From Alphaproteobacteria bacterium (GTDB lineage Bacteria > Pseudomonadota > Alphaproteobacteria > RF32 > CAG-239): a stretch of 64,000 nucleotides of DNA. Position 1 is the first letter of the stretch. Each line of letters begins with the position of its first letter. Position numbers and translations under genes: made by a program. This document shows, in pieces, positions 41,156-51,045 of this stretch. The stretch lies in NCBI GenBank assembly GCA_015062435.1, contig SUUR01000001.1, positions 27,503 through 91,502 of the forward strand, in the 5' to 3' direction. Below the pieces are notes generated by a model, which was not told where the DNA came from, did not search any database, and saw only the letters and a program-made list of their open reading frames with translations.

Positions 41156-42571
41156 ATGCAAGTGTTTAAAAAATTTAGTTTGTTTTTTTGTTTAATGTGC
41201 CTCACAGCATGTTCTTCTTCTAAAGTCATTTCCGATAAAGGCGGTGTTACAGATTTTAATACCGATATCAGTGAAATTAATATATCCGAAAAATCAAGTT
41301 TCAGAGTTGGCGTTTTATTGCCACTTACAGGAGCAGCATCTAAACACGGTGCCGGCCTGAAAAATGCCTCAATGCTCGCTGTTGAAGATATTAATAATCC
41401 TAATATCGTTTTGCAATATTATGATACTCAAAGTACTCCAAGCGGTGCACGAATCGCTGCTGAAAACGCAATCAGACAAGGAGCTAAAGTTATTATAGGT
41501 CCTTTAATGAGTACAGAAGTGCAAGCCATTGCCAACGAAACAATTTATCAAGGCGTGCCTGTTGTTGCATTCTCCACATCTCAAGAAGTATTACAACCAA
41601 CCGTTTATACTTTGGGTTTGTTGATTGAAGAACAAGTAGACAGAATCGTATCGTATGCAGTAGCTCAAAACAGAAACAGGTTGGCTTTGCTTTTGCCGGA
41701 TAATTCAACAGGAAATGCTGTTGCTAAAGCAGCTGTAAAATCTGCAAAGAAAAATAATATCTCAATTACGGTTATCGGATATTATCCTCCTGCATCTTCT
41801 GATTTTTCTACAATAATTAAACAGATGACTAACTATGAGCAAAGACATGCAGAAGTTTTGCGAATTAAGGCAGAGCTTGAAAGTAAAGTGCAAAATGGTG
41901 ATACAAATGCAGCAGCTGAATTAAAACAAATAGAAACCAAAGAAGGTATAGGTGATGTGGGATTTGATATGATTCTCATACCGGAAAGCGGTGCAAAACT
42001 CACATCGGCAATATCTATGTTTGCATACTATGATGCCGGTTTTCCTGATGTTTTGTTCTTAGGAACATCTGTCTGGGAAACAGGAAAGTTTAATAACGAA
42101 TCGGTTATGCATCAAAGCCTGTTTCCGACAATATCCAGATCATACAGTGGATATTTTGCAGGAAAATACTATCAAATCTTTGGTGAAAAACCTAGCAGTT
42201 TGTATTCTTTTGCATATGATGCAATCGCCTTATCTAATGAACTATCTAAAAAACAAGATGAAGATTTAAATCCGGTAATTACTAATCCTGACGGATATGT
42301 CGGAATTAATGGTGCATTCAGATTTTTTGAAGATGGAACAAATCAGCATAGTCTTGATGTAATTGAAATACGTTCAAGCGGAAATATTGTCGCAGATGCA
42401 GCATCAAAAAGGTTTGAAGACAATGGCGAAACGATAAAACTTCCCAGTATCTCAGCTACCGATATAGACGTTGCACCTAAAATTTTCGGCAAAGATGAAA
42501 AATCTGCACAAATAGCAATTTATGGTGAAATAATTCCTGATAAAAATTCAGAAAACGAGAACTTAGAATAA
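41156..42571 (+). CDS. lpoA: LpoA-like penicillin-binding-protein activator / type I periplasmic binding protein
   Basis: Lipoprotein-like signal (LTACSSS), periplasmic binding protein type I fold (Leu/Ile/Val-binding-like); divergent from rsmI as in the rsmI-lpoA-yraN arrangement known from E. coli. Confidence 0.55.
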   Translation: MQVFKKFSLFFCLMCLTACSSSKVISDKGGVTDFNTDISEINISEKSSFRVGVLLPLTGAASKHGAGLKNASMLAVEDINNPNIVLQYYDTQSTPSGARIAAENAIRQGAKVIIGPLMSTEVQAIANETIYQGVPVVAFSTSQEVLQPTVYTLGLLIEEQVDRIVSYAVAQNRNRLALLLPDNSTGNAVAKAAVKSAKKNNISITVIGYYPPASSDFSTIIKQMTNYEQRHAEVLRIKAELESKVQNGDTNAAAELKQIETKEGIGDVGFDMILIPESGAKLTSAISMFAYYDAGFPDVLFLGTSVWETGKFNNESVMHQSLFPTISRSYSGYFAGKYYQIFGEKPSSLYSFAYDAIALSNELSKKQDEDLNPVITNPDGYVGINGAFRFFEDGTNQHSLDVIEIRSSGNIVADAASKRFEDNGETIKLPSISATDIDVAPKIFGKDEKSAQIAIYGEIIPDKNSENENLE

Positions 42572-42619
42572 ACCTAAATTGTGCTTGAAAATTATAGGAA
42601 ATCTGTTATGTATACTAAT

Positions 42620-42706
42620 GGAGAGCGATGGGTTATTCCCTCGCCAATCCGGTCAGGTTCGGAAGAAAGCAGCCGTAACGAGTAAGAATAAGGTCATCGT
42701 TTCTCC
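42620..42706 (+). ncRNA. ffs: signal recognition particle RNA (4.5S RNA, ffs)
   Basis: Domain IV core GGTCAGGTTCGGAAGAAAGCAGCC matches the bacterial consensus (E. coli GGUCAGGUCCGGAAGGAAGCAGCC); 5' GGAGAGCGATG pairs with 3' CATCGTTTCTCC; the position upstream of dnaX-ybaB-recR is a conserved arrangement. Confidence 0.65.
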
Positions 42707-42732
42707 TCCAAAATTTCTATTGCGAATGTAAT

Positions 42733-44397
42733 ATGACTGAAGAAAATAAATATGTAGTTTTAGCTAGAAAATATCGTCCTCAAAGTTTTAATGAGCTTTT
42801 AGGACAAGATGCTTTAGTTCAAACACTCAGTAATGCAATAAAAAATAATAGATTGCATCATGCTTATATTCTAACAGGGATTAGAGGTGTTGGTAAAACA
42901 ACAACGGCAAGAATTATTGCAAAAGCTCTTAATTGTATTGGAAAAGATGCTCATGAAGGGCCGACAATTAACCCTTGCGGAATTTGCGAAAACTGCAAAG
43001 CAATTTCAGAATCCAGGCATATTGACGTTTTGGAGCTTGATGCCGCATCTCGAACAGGCGTTGATGATATGAGAGAAATTTTGGATGGTGTGCGATATAA
43101 ACCAACTAACGGTCGTTATAAAATATACATAATCGATGAAGTACACATGCTTTCTAAAAGCGCTTTTAATGCTCTTTTAAAAACATTAGAAGAACCCCCT
43201 TCTCATGTGATATTTATTTTTGCAACAACTGAAATAAGAAAAGTTCCTATAACGGTATTATCCAGATGCCAGCGCTTTGATTTACAACGTTTGTCCATAG
43301 AAACTTTAATCAATCATTTTAAAAATATTATCAATAATGAAAATTTATCTGCAGAAGATGAAGCTTTGCACCTAATCGCTAAAGCAGCTGACGGCTCTTG
43401 TCGAGACGGATTATCTTTGCTTGATCAGGCAATATCATTGGGTGGGGGAATCGTTAAAAATGATGTTGTAAAAGATATGATTGGCTTGGCTGATAAAGGA
43501 CAAGTTTTTGATTTGTTTGAAACGCTTGTAAGCGGGAAAGTAACAGAAACAATAGAAATTTTATCTACAATGTATAAAAATGGAGCAACACCTTTAGTTA
43601 CTCTACAAGATCTTATCAGTTTGACACATTTGGTTGCAAAAGTAAAAATGGTACCAAACTTTGCGGATAGTTCTTCTTTATCTGAAGCTGAAAAAGATTT
43701 TTGCAAGAAGTTAGCACCTCAGACACCTATCGCAATTCTTTCAAAAATATGGCAGATGATGATAAAAGGTGTATCTGAGCTTTCTTTGGCTCCGGTGCAA
43801 ATAGATGCTTTAGAAATGATCTTAATCAGAATTGCTTATTCCGCAACACTCCCTACTCCGTTAGAAGTTTTAAATGACGTAAAAAAAAACTCTAATTTAA
43901 GCAATTTTGCTTCTCCAAATCAGATATTATCTATCAAAAAAGCAGAACATAACTCCTCAAACGGCATTGTATTTTCTTCTCCAATTGATTTGGTTCATTA
44001 TCTGGAAGAAACAAAAAAAATTCTTATGGCATATAGTTTGAAAAACGATGTTTCTTTTAATGATTTTGCAGATGGTAAAATGAAAATTACCGTGTCTGAA
44101 AAAATAAATAATGATTTTTTAATCAATCTTCAAAATATCCTTACTGATGCTACCGGAAAAAAATGGGATATTGAAATTCAAAGAGGACATCTGGGAGAAA
44201 CAATTGCCGATAAAGAACAAGCTTTGGATAATGCTAATAAAAAAAATGTTTCTGACTTACCTTTGGTTAAAGCTATTTTAGCTGAATTTAAAGGAGCAAA
44301 AATTGAAACTCTAGTCAGAAAAATGATGGAGCAACAAGATAACATTACAGCGTCTGATTTTGAAGAAAACTATAACTATTTGGAAGAGGAAAACTAG
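42733..44397 (+). CDS. dnaX: DNA polymerase III subunit gamma/tau
   Basis: Walker A GIRGVGKTT, zinc module CGICENC, SRC motif (LSRCQRF). Confidence 0.9.
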   Translation: MTEENKYVVLARKYRPQSFNELLGQDALVQTLSNAIKNNRLHHAYILTGIRGVGKTTTARIIAKALNCIGKDAHEGPTINPCGICENCKAISESRHIDVLELDAASRTGVDDMREILDGVRYKPTNGRYKIYIIDEVHMLSKSAFNALLKTLEEPPSHVIFIFATTEIRKVPITVLSRCQRFDLQRLSIETLINHFKNIINNENLSAEDEALHLIAKAADGSCRDGLSLLDQAISLGGGIVKNDVVKDMIGLADKGQVFDLFETLVSGKVTETIEILSTMYKNGATPLVTLQDLISLTHLVAKVKMVPNFADSSSLSEAEKDFCKKLAPQTPIAILSKIWQMMIKGVSELSLAPVQIDALEMILIRIAYSATLPTPLEVLNDVKKNSNLSNFASPNQILSIKKAEHNSSNGIVFSSPIDLVHYLEETKKILMAYSLKNDVSFNDFADGKMKITVSEKINNDFLINLQNILTDATGKKWDIEIQRGHLGETIADKEQALDNANKKNVSDLPLVKAILAEFKGAKIETLVRKMMEQQDNITASDFEENYNYLEEEN

Positions 44398-44399
44398 AA

Positions 44400-44720
44400 A
44401 TGATGAATATTCAAGGAATCATGAAACAAGCTCAACTAATGCAAAAAAAAATGGAAGAAGAGCAAGCTAAATTAGCCCAAGAAGAAGTTGAAGGAAATTC
44501 CGGTGGAGGAATGGTCAAAGTCGTACTTAACGGCAAATTTGAAATGAAAAAATTGACCGTAGATAAAAGTTTGGTAAATGCTGACGATATTGAAATATTG
44601 GAAGATTTGATTGCGGCTGCTTATAATGATGCAAAAAATAAAGTAGATGCAAAAATGCACGACAGTATGTCTGCTATGACCGGCGGTCTTAATTTGGGTG
44701 GATTGAAACTTCCTTTTTAA
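44400..44720 (+). CDS. ybaB: nucleoid-associated protein YbaB/EbfC
   Basis: 106 aa; conserved dnaX-ybaB-recR order. Confidence 0.85.
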   Translation: MMNIQGIMKQAQLMQKKMEEEQAKLAQEEVEGNSGGGMVKVVLNGKFEMKKLTVDKSLVNADDIEILEDLIAAAYNDAKNKVDAKMHDSMSAMTGGLNLGGLKLPF

Positions 44721-44730
44721 CGAGTAAAAC

Positions 44731-45324
44731 ATGGCCGGTAGTGATATTGAAAATTTAATAAAACAAATTGCAAAATTACCTTCTTTGGGAACACGATCTG
44801 CAAGAAGAATCGTTTTACAAATGATTAAAAAGAAAGAAAATGCATTGGTGCCACTGATTGAATGTATGCAAAAAGTTGCAACCAATGTTACAACATGTGA
44901 AATTTGCGGTAATTTTGATACATCATCTCCTTGTGAGATATGCAAATCATCTGTCAGAGATACCTCTGTGATTTGTGTTGTACAAGATGTAGGCGATTTA
45001 TGGGCAATGGAAAGAGTTTCTTTGTTTAAAGGAAAATACCATGTTTTAGGCGGTGTTTTATCGGCTCTTGAAGGGGTTGTTCCTGAAGACTTAAACATTG
45101 ATAGCCTAATAAACAGAATCGAGCCTGAAGGTATCAAAGAAGTTGTTTTGGCATTACCGGCCACCGTAGATGGCCAAATAACATCTCATTATATATCCTC
45201 TAAGCTCAAAAACTCTGGAGTTATGGTTTCAACCCTTGCTCAAGGTATTCCTATGGGAGCTGAATTGGATTATATGGACGAAGGAACTTTACAATTGGCT
45301 CTAAATTCCAGAAAAACCATATAG
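44731..45324 (+). CDS. recR: recombination protein RecR
   Basis: C4 zinc finger (CEICGNF...CEIC), Toprim domain. Confidence 0.9.
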   Translation: MAGSDIENLIKQIAKLPSLGTRSARRIVLQMIKKKENALVPLIECMQKVATNVTTCEICGNFDTSSPCEICKSSVRDTSVICVVQDVGDLWAMERVSLFKGKYHVLGGVLSALEGVVPEDLNIDSLINRIEPEGIKEVVLALPATVDGQITSHYISSKLKNSGVMVSTLAQGIPMGAELDYMDEGTLQLALNSRKTI

Positions 45325-46026
45325 TTATTCAACATTTTCTATCAATCTATCCAAATTATCTCGCTCAGATTCTCTATAACCTTTTTCTTCTTGTTTTGAG
45401 TTGACTTTATCTGTATTTATTTTCTTTATTTGTGGCTGAGTTAATTTTTCAAAAAGAATATCTGTATCTGAATTTTGTTCTTCTGTTTCTTCTTTTTCTT
45501 CAGCGTGCTCATGTGCGATTGTTTTGCTCTTGATAAGCTCTATCGTTTCTTCTGGTATTAAATCTTCTATCGGCTTAGCAAAACTTCCAGCCAATTGAAA
45601 ATATTTTGATTCTGTTAATGATGATGATTGTTTATCGGCAGGAATCATCCAATTTATAAGAATATTAAACAAAATAATCAGTAAAAATGCTCTCGCTATC
45701 CCAAAAAATAAACCTAAAAATCTATCCATACCATTGAGTTTGCTGGTTCTGATTTTGCTAACAATGCCGGAAGTAGTATAAATCCAAATTATAAAAAACA
45801 AGATTAATATACAAACAGATGTTACTGCTCCGGCAACATATCCGTTTGAAATATGTTGTTTGGCAAAGGGCATTAATTCCGGTAGTAAATATATTACGGC
45901 ACAAGTTCCTAACACCCAACCGATTATTGATAAGACCTCTTTAACAAGTCCTCTTGATAGCGCTATCAATGCTGATATTCCGACAATAATCAAAATTATA
46001 ATATCTAAGTTATTTAGGTTTTGCAT
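45325..46026 (-). CDS. cvpA: CvpA-family membrane protein
   Basis: Four N-terminal TM helices followed by an acidic tail; 233 aa. Confidence 0.55.
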   Translation of the reverse strand: MQNLNNLDIIILIIVGISALIALSRGLVKEVLSIIGWVLGTCAVIYLLPELMPFAKQHISNGYVAGAVTSVCILILFFIIWIYTTSGIVSKIRTSKLNGMDRFLGLFFGIARAFLLIILFNILINWMIPADKQSSSLTESKYFQLAGSFAKPIEDLIPEETIELIKSKTIAHEHAEEKEETEEQNSDTDILFEKLTQPQIKKINTDKVNSKQEEKGYRESERDNLDRLIENVE

Positions 46027-46038
46027 GACGCACCTCTT

Positions 46039-47412
46039 TTAATTAAACCAGTTTATAAGGCGTTGAACATTGCCTGTTTCATATATATTCATATCCACCT
46101 TGGTTTTCTTTTCTTTAGTGTGTGTAGGAGGAGTGATAGAACTGTTAAAACCAAGCTTTTGAGCTTCTTTTAATCGTAATGACGGTTGAGATACGGCTCT
46201 GATTTCTCCGGATAATCCTATCTCTCCAAAAATTACCATATCTGCCGGTAAAGGTTTATTGTTTAAAGAAGACATCACAGCCATCGCTACGGCTAAATCT
46301 GCAGCTGGTTCTGTAATTTTAAGACCTCCGGCAATATTCAAATATATATCTTGAGAACTTAAATTTACGCCACAACGAGCCTCCAAAACAGCCAAAACCA
46401 TAGATAATCTGTTTGCATCCCAACCAACAACGGCTCGTTTGGGACTAGCATAACTTGTCGGACTAACCAATGCTTGAATTTCCACCAACAATGGGCGAGA
46501 ACCTTCAATACCGGCAAAAACACATGAACCTGAAATATTTCCCTGTCTTTCAGCTAAAAACAGTGCCGAGGGGTTATCAACCTCTACAAGTCCTTGATCT
46601 TGCATTTCAAAGACGCCTATTTCATCTGTGGCTCCATAGCGGTTTTTAACAGCTCGTAAAATACGAAAATGATGACCTCTTTCCCCTTCAAAATAAAGAA
46701 CAGTATCAACCATATGCTCCAGAACTCTTGGACCGGCTAAAGAGCCTTGTTTGGTAACGTGACCAACCAAAAATAGAGTGAAGCCTTTCTTTTTTGCCAA
46801 TTTAATCAGTTCATAACTGCATGCTCTAACCTGAGAAACACTTCCCGGCGTGGCTTCAACTTCATCTAAATACATAGTTTGGATAGAATCGATAACAACG
46901 ACAGATGCATTCGCTTTATCTAAAGTTGTAACAATATCTTTAATTTCTGTTGAACTGGCTAACTTCACAGGAGATTTATCCAATCCGAGCCTTTTTGCTC
47001 TCAATCTTACCTGATCAATAGCTTCTTCACCTGATATATAAAAAACATCTTTATTTGCATATTTATTTGCTATTTGCGCACAAGCTTGCAGTAATAAAGT
47101 AGATTTTCCTATACCGGGATCACCGCCAACTAAAATTACAGAACCAGATACCAATCCTCCTCCGGAAACTCTATCTAGCTCTTTTATTCCCGTGCTCATT
47201 CGATTAAGATGTTCTTCAGCTCCGCTTAGAGGTACAAATTCTATAATGTTGCCTTTTGACCGCTTGGGATTAAAATTTGAGAATCCATCTCCGGTGCTAC
47301 TTTCTTCTACTATGGTGTTCCATTCTTCGCAAGCATCGCATTTTCCTTGCCATTTTGGAAAAACAGCACCACAACTTTGGCAAACATATTGTTTTGTACT
47401 TTTTTTAGGCAA
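46039..47412 (-). CDS. radA: DNA repair protein RadA
   Basis: N-terminal zinc finger CQSCG...CDAC, RecA-like ATPase GDPGIGKST, C-terminal Lon-like domain. Confidence 0.9.
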   Translation of the reverse strand: MPKKSTKQYVCQSCGAVFPKWQGKCDACEEWNTIVEESSTGDGFSNFNPKRSKGNIIEFVPLSGAEEHLNRMSTGIKELDRVSGGGLVSGSVILVGGDPGIGKSTLLLQACAQIANKYANKDVFYISGEEAIDQVRLRAKRLGLDKSPVKLASSTEIKDIVTTLDKANASVVVIDSIQTMYLDEVEATPGSVSQVRACSYELIKLAKKKGFTLFLVGHVTKQGSLAGPRVLEHMVDTVLYFEGERGHHFRILRAVKNRYGATDEIGVFEMQDQGLVEVDNPSALFLAERQGNISGSCVFAGIEGSRPLLVEIQALVSPTSYASPKRAVVGWDANRLSMVLAVLEARCGVNLSSQDIYLNIAGGLKITEPAADLAVAMAVMSSLNNKPLPADMVIFGEIGLSGEIRAVSQPSLRLKEAQKLGFNSSITPPTHTKEKKTKVDMNIYETGNVQRLINWFN

Positions 47413-48189
47413 TTAAACCTCCACTTTTATTGGTCCTTGAGAACAACCGTTTATAAACTGGCATACATACGGGTTATCTGTTTTATCCATTTCTTTAACA
47501 GTTCCTTGCCATACAATTTTTCCCTTATAAAGCATAGCAACTCTATCCGCAATTTTTCGAGCAGATGCCATATCGTGAGTAATGGTTAGAGCCGTTGCTC
47601 CTAATCCCTTAACCGATTCAATAATCAAATCATTAATAACATCAGACATTATGGGATCTAAACCGGTTGTCGGTTCGTCAAAAAATATTATTTCAGGTTT
47701 TGAAGCAATCGCTCTGGCTAAACCTACACGTTTTTGCATACCTCCGGAAAGCTCTGATGGAGATAAATCTGCAACATCAGGAGCTAATCCCACAGAACGC
47801 AAGACTCTAACAGCCTCATTTTTGGCATCTTTTTTGTTCATTCCTCGATTTTCTATCAAATCAAAGGCAACATTCTCCCATACTGAAAGACTATCAAACA
47901 AAGCCCCTCCTTGAAATAACATTCCCATTTTAGAGTGTAGTGTTTCTTTTTCTTCTTCGTTTATTCCCACTACCTCTTTATCATCAACCAAAATTGAACC
48001 GTTATCTGGATGCAAAAGACCTTGTATGCACTTAATAAGAACAGACTTTCCCGTTCCTGAACCTCCGATCACAACCAGAGATTCTCCTTTTTCTATTTCC
48101 AAATCTACGCCATCTAAAACTATTTTTCTGCCAAAAGATTTATGAAGATTTGATATTTTTATTTTAGTTTCACTCATTTTTTGCTCCAT
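47413..48189 (-). CDS. mlaF: phospholipid ABC transporter ATP-binding protein (MlaF-like)
   Basis: Walker A GGSGTGKS, signature LSGGMQKRVGLARA; paired with the MlaE-like permease. Confidence 0.7.
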   Translation of the reverse strand: MEQKMSETKIKISNLHKSFGRKIVLDGVDLEIEKGESLVVIGGSGTGKSVLIKCIQGLLHPDNGSILVDDKEVVGINEEEKETLHSKMGMLFQGGALFDSLSVWENVAFDLIENRGMNKKDAKNEAVRVLRSVGLAPDVADLSPSELSGGMQKRVGLARAIASKPEIIFFDEPTTGLDPIMSDVINDLIIESVKGLGATALTITHDMASARKIADRVAMLYKGKIVWQGTVKEMDKTDNPYVCQFINGCSQGPIKVEV

Positions 48190-48194
48190 AAAAT

Positions 48195-48986
48195 TTATTT
48201 AGAGAAGAACAGTTCCGTAATTACATAGTTGAAAATCAAAATCAAAATAGATGCTGAAACAACAGCATTGGTAGTGGCCGTACCAACTCCTTGTGCTCCG
48301 CCTTTTGATTTATATCCGTTATAGCAACCCATTATTGAAATAATAAAACCAAAAACAGCTGCTTTTACAAGTCCGGTAGTTATATCTATGGCTTGTAAGT
48401 TTTGCAAAGTTGAATTGATGTAGTTGGCAGGATTGAAACCTAACTTATAAACGCCAACAACATATCCTCCGAAAATACCAATAACATCTCCCAATAAAAC
48501 CAATAAAGGCATTACTATCAGTCCGGCCCAAACTCTTGGTGTTACAAGGTATTTAAAGGGGTTGGTTGATAAAGTGACCAACGCATCTATTTGCTCTGTA
48601 ACTCTCATTGTTCCTATTTCTGCAGCCATAGCGGCTCCTATTCTGCCTGCAACCATAAGAGCAGACAACACCGGAGCCAATTCTCTGGTTACGGAAATCA
48701 AAACAACTGATGCAACAGCACCCTCTGCCCCAAAACGCATAAATCCAGAATAACTTTGCAGAGCAATAACCATACCGGCAAATATAGTGGTCAAACCTAC
48801 AACGGGTAGAGAATAAAAACCCATATCAACAATTTGACGCCATAAATTACGCCAATATACAGGCGGAGTAAAGCAATTGTAGACAGATTGAGCAACAAAC
48901 AAAGAAAATTCTCCTAAACCGGAGAAAAAATTAACTAAAGGCTTTCCTTGTCGACGTAAAAAATTTTCAATGTTTCTTAAAATCAT
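48195..48986 (-). CDS. mlaE: phospholipid ABC transporter permease (MlaE-like)
   Basis: 263-aa multi-TM permease directly upstream of mlaF. Confidence 0.7.
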   Translation of the reverse strand: MILRNIENFLRRQGKPLVNFFSGLGEFSLFVAQSVYNCFTPPVYWRNLWRQIVDMGFYSLPVVGLTTIFAGMVIALQSYSGFMRFGAEGAVASVVLISVTRELAPVLSALMVAGRIGAAMAAEIGTMRVTEQIDALVTLSTNPFKYLVTPRVWAGLIVMPLLVLLGDVIGIFGGYVVGVYKLGFNPANYINSTLQNLQAIDITTGLVKAAVFGFIISIMGCYNGYKSKGGAQGVGTATTNAVVSASILILIFNYVITELFFSK

Positions 48987-49065
48987 TTAATTCTCTCTTT
49001 TTTATTAATATTTATGATATTTTATATTTAAGATTTTAAATAATCAACTCTCAAAAATTATATCC

Positions 49066-49485
49066 TCAAACCAAAGTTAATGCTGCCAACACTTTCGATA
49101 CTATTGATGAATCTTTTCCATATAAATCAAAACAACGAATTTTTTTTCCTCGAAATTCAAAATATTTTTCTTCCGGCATTCTTTCTATTTTATCAAAGTC
49201 ATTAATTAGATTAATTGCCAATTTAATCGACGTTTGTGGGCAATATTGAATATTTATTATTCCAACTCCTCTAACCTCCAATAATCCTTGCAAAATTGTT
49301 GGAGCCGTTGCAATGATATTATCTTGAAAAAGAGTCAAATTAACTCTGTCATCTGCAACTAATTTAGCTCCTTGTTCCATAATTAATCTCAGGCATAAAT
49401 CCGATTTACCGCTACCGGATATTCCGGTTATCAGTATCCCCTGCCCTAAAAAATCTACACAAGAAGCGTGAATATTAGTTCCCAT
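49066..49485 (-). CDS. hprK: HPr kinase/phosphorylase, C-terminal catalytic domain only (alphaproteobacterial short form)
   Basis: P-loop GISGSGKSD, VADDRV, LEVRGVGIIN motifs; 139 aa, lacking the N-terminal domain of firmicute HprK. Confidence 0.75.
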   Translation of the reverse strand: MGTNIHASCVDFLGQGILITGISGSGKSDLCLRLIMEQGAKLVADDRVNLTLFQDNIIATAPTILQGLLEVRGVGIINIQYCPQTSIKLAINLINDFDKIERMPEEKYFEFRGKKIRCFDLYGKDSSIVSKVLAALTLV

Positions 49486-49488
49486 ATC

Positions 49489-49947
49489 TTACTCCTTTAA
49501 AGATAATAAGCGGGTATGTTTATCCGATGAACTTGTTGTTATTTTTAATTTTCTGCTATTCTTAAAAGGAGTTATCTCTATCTTAAAAATGTCCGATGGC
49601 AGATATGATCCCATTTGCTGAGGCCATTCGATTAGAGATATTCCGGTGTAAAAAGCATCCTCAATTCCCAATTCAAAAACATCTTCCGGTGATTTTATGC
49701 GATATAAATCAAAATGGTAGATGTCATAATCTTGTGAACCATAGGTTTGTAATAATGTAAATGTGGGGCTTGGAACATCTATGTCTCCGCACAATTCTTG
49801 AATAAAAGCTCTGGCCAAAACACTTTTACCCATTCCTAATGTGCCGTATAAGGCAAAAACATCTCCTTTTTTAGCGATTTTTGCAAGTCGTTTACCTAAA
49901 ATTACGGTATCTGCTTCTGTCGGCAACTCAAATTCAATTTCATGCAT
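49489..49947 (-). CDS. tsaE: tRNA threonylcarbamoyladenosine biosynthesis ATPase TsaE
   Basis: YjeE-type P-loop GTLGMGKS; 152 aa. Confidence 0.75.
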   Translation of the reverse strand: MHEIEFELPTEADTVILGKRLAKIAKKGDVFALYGTLGMGKSVLARAFIQELCGDIDVPSPTFTLLQTYGSQDYDIYHFDLYRIKSPEDVFELGIEDAFYTGISLIEWPQQMGSYLPSDIFKIEITPFKNSRKLKITTSSSDKHTRLLSLKE

Positions 49948-49951
49948 GATG

Positions 49952-50926
49952 CTATCCTAATGGATTCATAAATGTACGTTTTCTTTTGGGTTTATTATTA
50001 ATTATTTTTATTTGAGGTTTGCGAGCTTGAATCTTTCGCCAGTCCCATGGCATATAAAAATTTCCTTGCCACAATCCATTACCATTGCGCTGAGCTTGAT
50101 ATTGATAAGGCATATAAATATTTGTATGCTTACCATACGCAACTGCCCACCCCGCATTAACTAAAGCAGCTCCAATATCATATTCACCCAAAAAGCAAAT
50201 CCCCATCATGTTTCCTTTATCATCTTGCTGTACTATTCGGCATTCAACCTCATTATCTTGTAACCAGCTTCTCAGCCATTTGGTTGCTTCTTTACCACAA
50301 TGATAAGGGCGTCCATGATAATCTGAGCACGTTTGGTTGCTTTCAGGTGCATCTACTCCAAATAATCTTAAATATTTACCGCCAATGATTAAAGTATCTG
50401 CACCGGAGACTTTTACGGCAGAATAAATTACCGGAAGTTCTTTCGGGTTTAGTTGCTGTTGCTCAGTATCTTCTCCAAATATCTGTTTTAAGATACTGTC
50501 ATTTGTATCTGTTTTTTGCTCTGCTTGAGGTGTTTGATGATCTAAAGGTGAAAAATTTTCAGAAATATGAATATCAAATTCTTCTTCATTAATAAGGCTT
50601 AATTGCTGAGATTTTTCTTTTTGAAGTGAATGATTATACCCCATAAAGCTTTTAATGTTCGGCACAAAATTTCTTAAGCCTCCTCGAAACGATCCTATTG
50701 CATATAAAATAAAAATTATAATAGCAAAAATTACTAAAATTGAAGGTAAACACCCCATTGCACGCCATACCATTTTTGCAAAAACATACAATACTATCAA
50801 ACCGACAATTAAACCTAAGAATCCACCTCCCTGAAGCAGAGTACTATCAGTTTGTGTACCGGCTCCCCCCAACAAAATTAAAAAAAGGGCTCCTAATCCA
50901 AGTAAAGACTTTTTAAGAAATATCAT
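49952..50926 (-). CDS. membrane-anchored staphylococcal-nuclease (SNase/thermonuclease)-like protein
   Basis: Two N-terminal TM helices, Gln/Glu-rich linker, C-terminal SNase-like domain (DGDTLIIGGKYLRLFGVDAPES...GRPYH). Confidence 0.55.
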   Translation of the reverse strand: MIFLKKSLLGLGALFLILLGGAGTQTDSTLLQGGGFLGLIVGLIVLYVFAKMVWRAMGCLPSILVIFAIIIFILYAIGSFRGGLRNFVPNIKSFMGYNHSLQKEKSQQLSLINEEEFDIHISENFSPLDHQTPQAEQKTDTNDSILKQIFGEDTEQQQLNPKELPVIYSAVKVSGADTLIIGGKYLRLFGVDAPESNQTCSDYHGRPYHCGKEATKWLRSWLQDNEVECRIVQQDDKGNMMGICFLGEYDIGAALVNAGWAVAYGKHTNIYMPYQYQAQRNGNGLWQGNFYMPWDWRKIQARKPQIKIINNKPKRKRTFMNPLG

Positions 50927-51011
50927 ACCATATCCCCATTTTATTGATTTGTTTTAAAATAACGGGTTTTAGTAAATTTAAAATTAATTTATTGATGTTT
51001 TTTGTTTTATT

Positions 51012-51043
51012 TAATGAAAAAGAGCCGTTAAACGGCTCTTTAT
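51012..51043 (-). terminator. rho-independent terminator downstream of kdsB
   Basis: Perfect hairpin AAAGAGCCGTT-AA-ACGGCTCTTT followed on the minus strand by TTTTCATT. Confidence 0.6.
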
Positions 51044-51045
51044 GA

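Noticed and set aside
44472-45164. 230-aa minus-strand ORF
   Set aside because: It is antisense across ybaB and recR, both strongly supported, and has no RBS.
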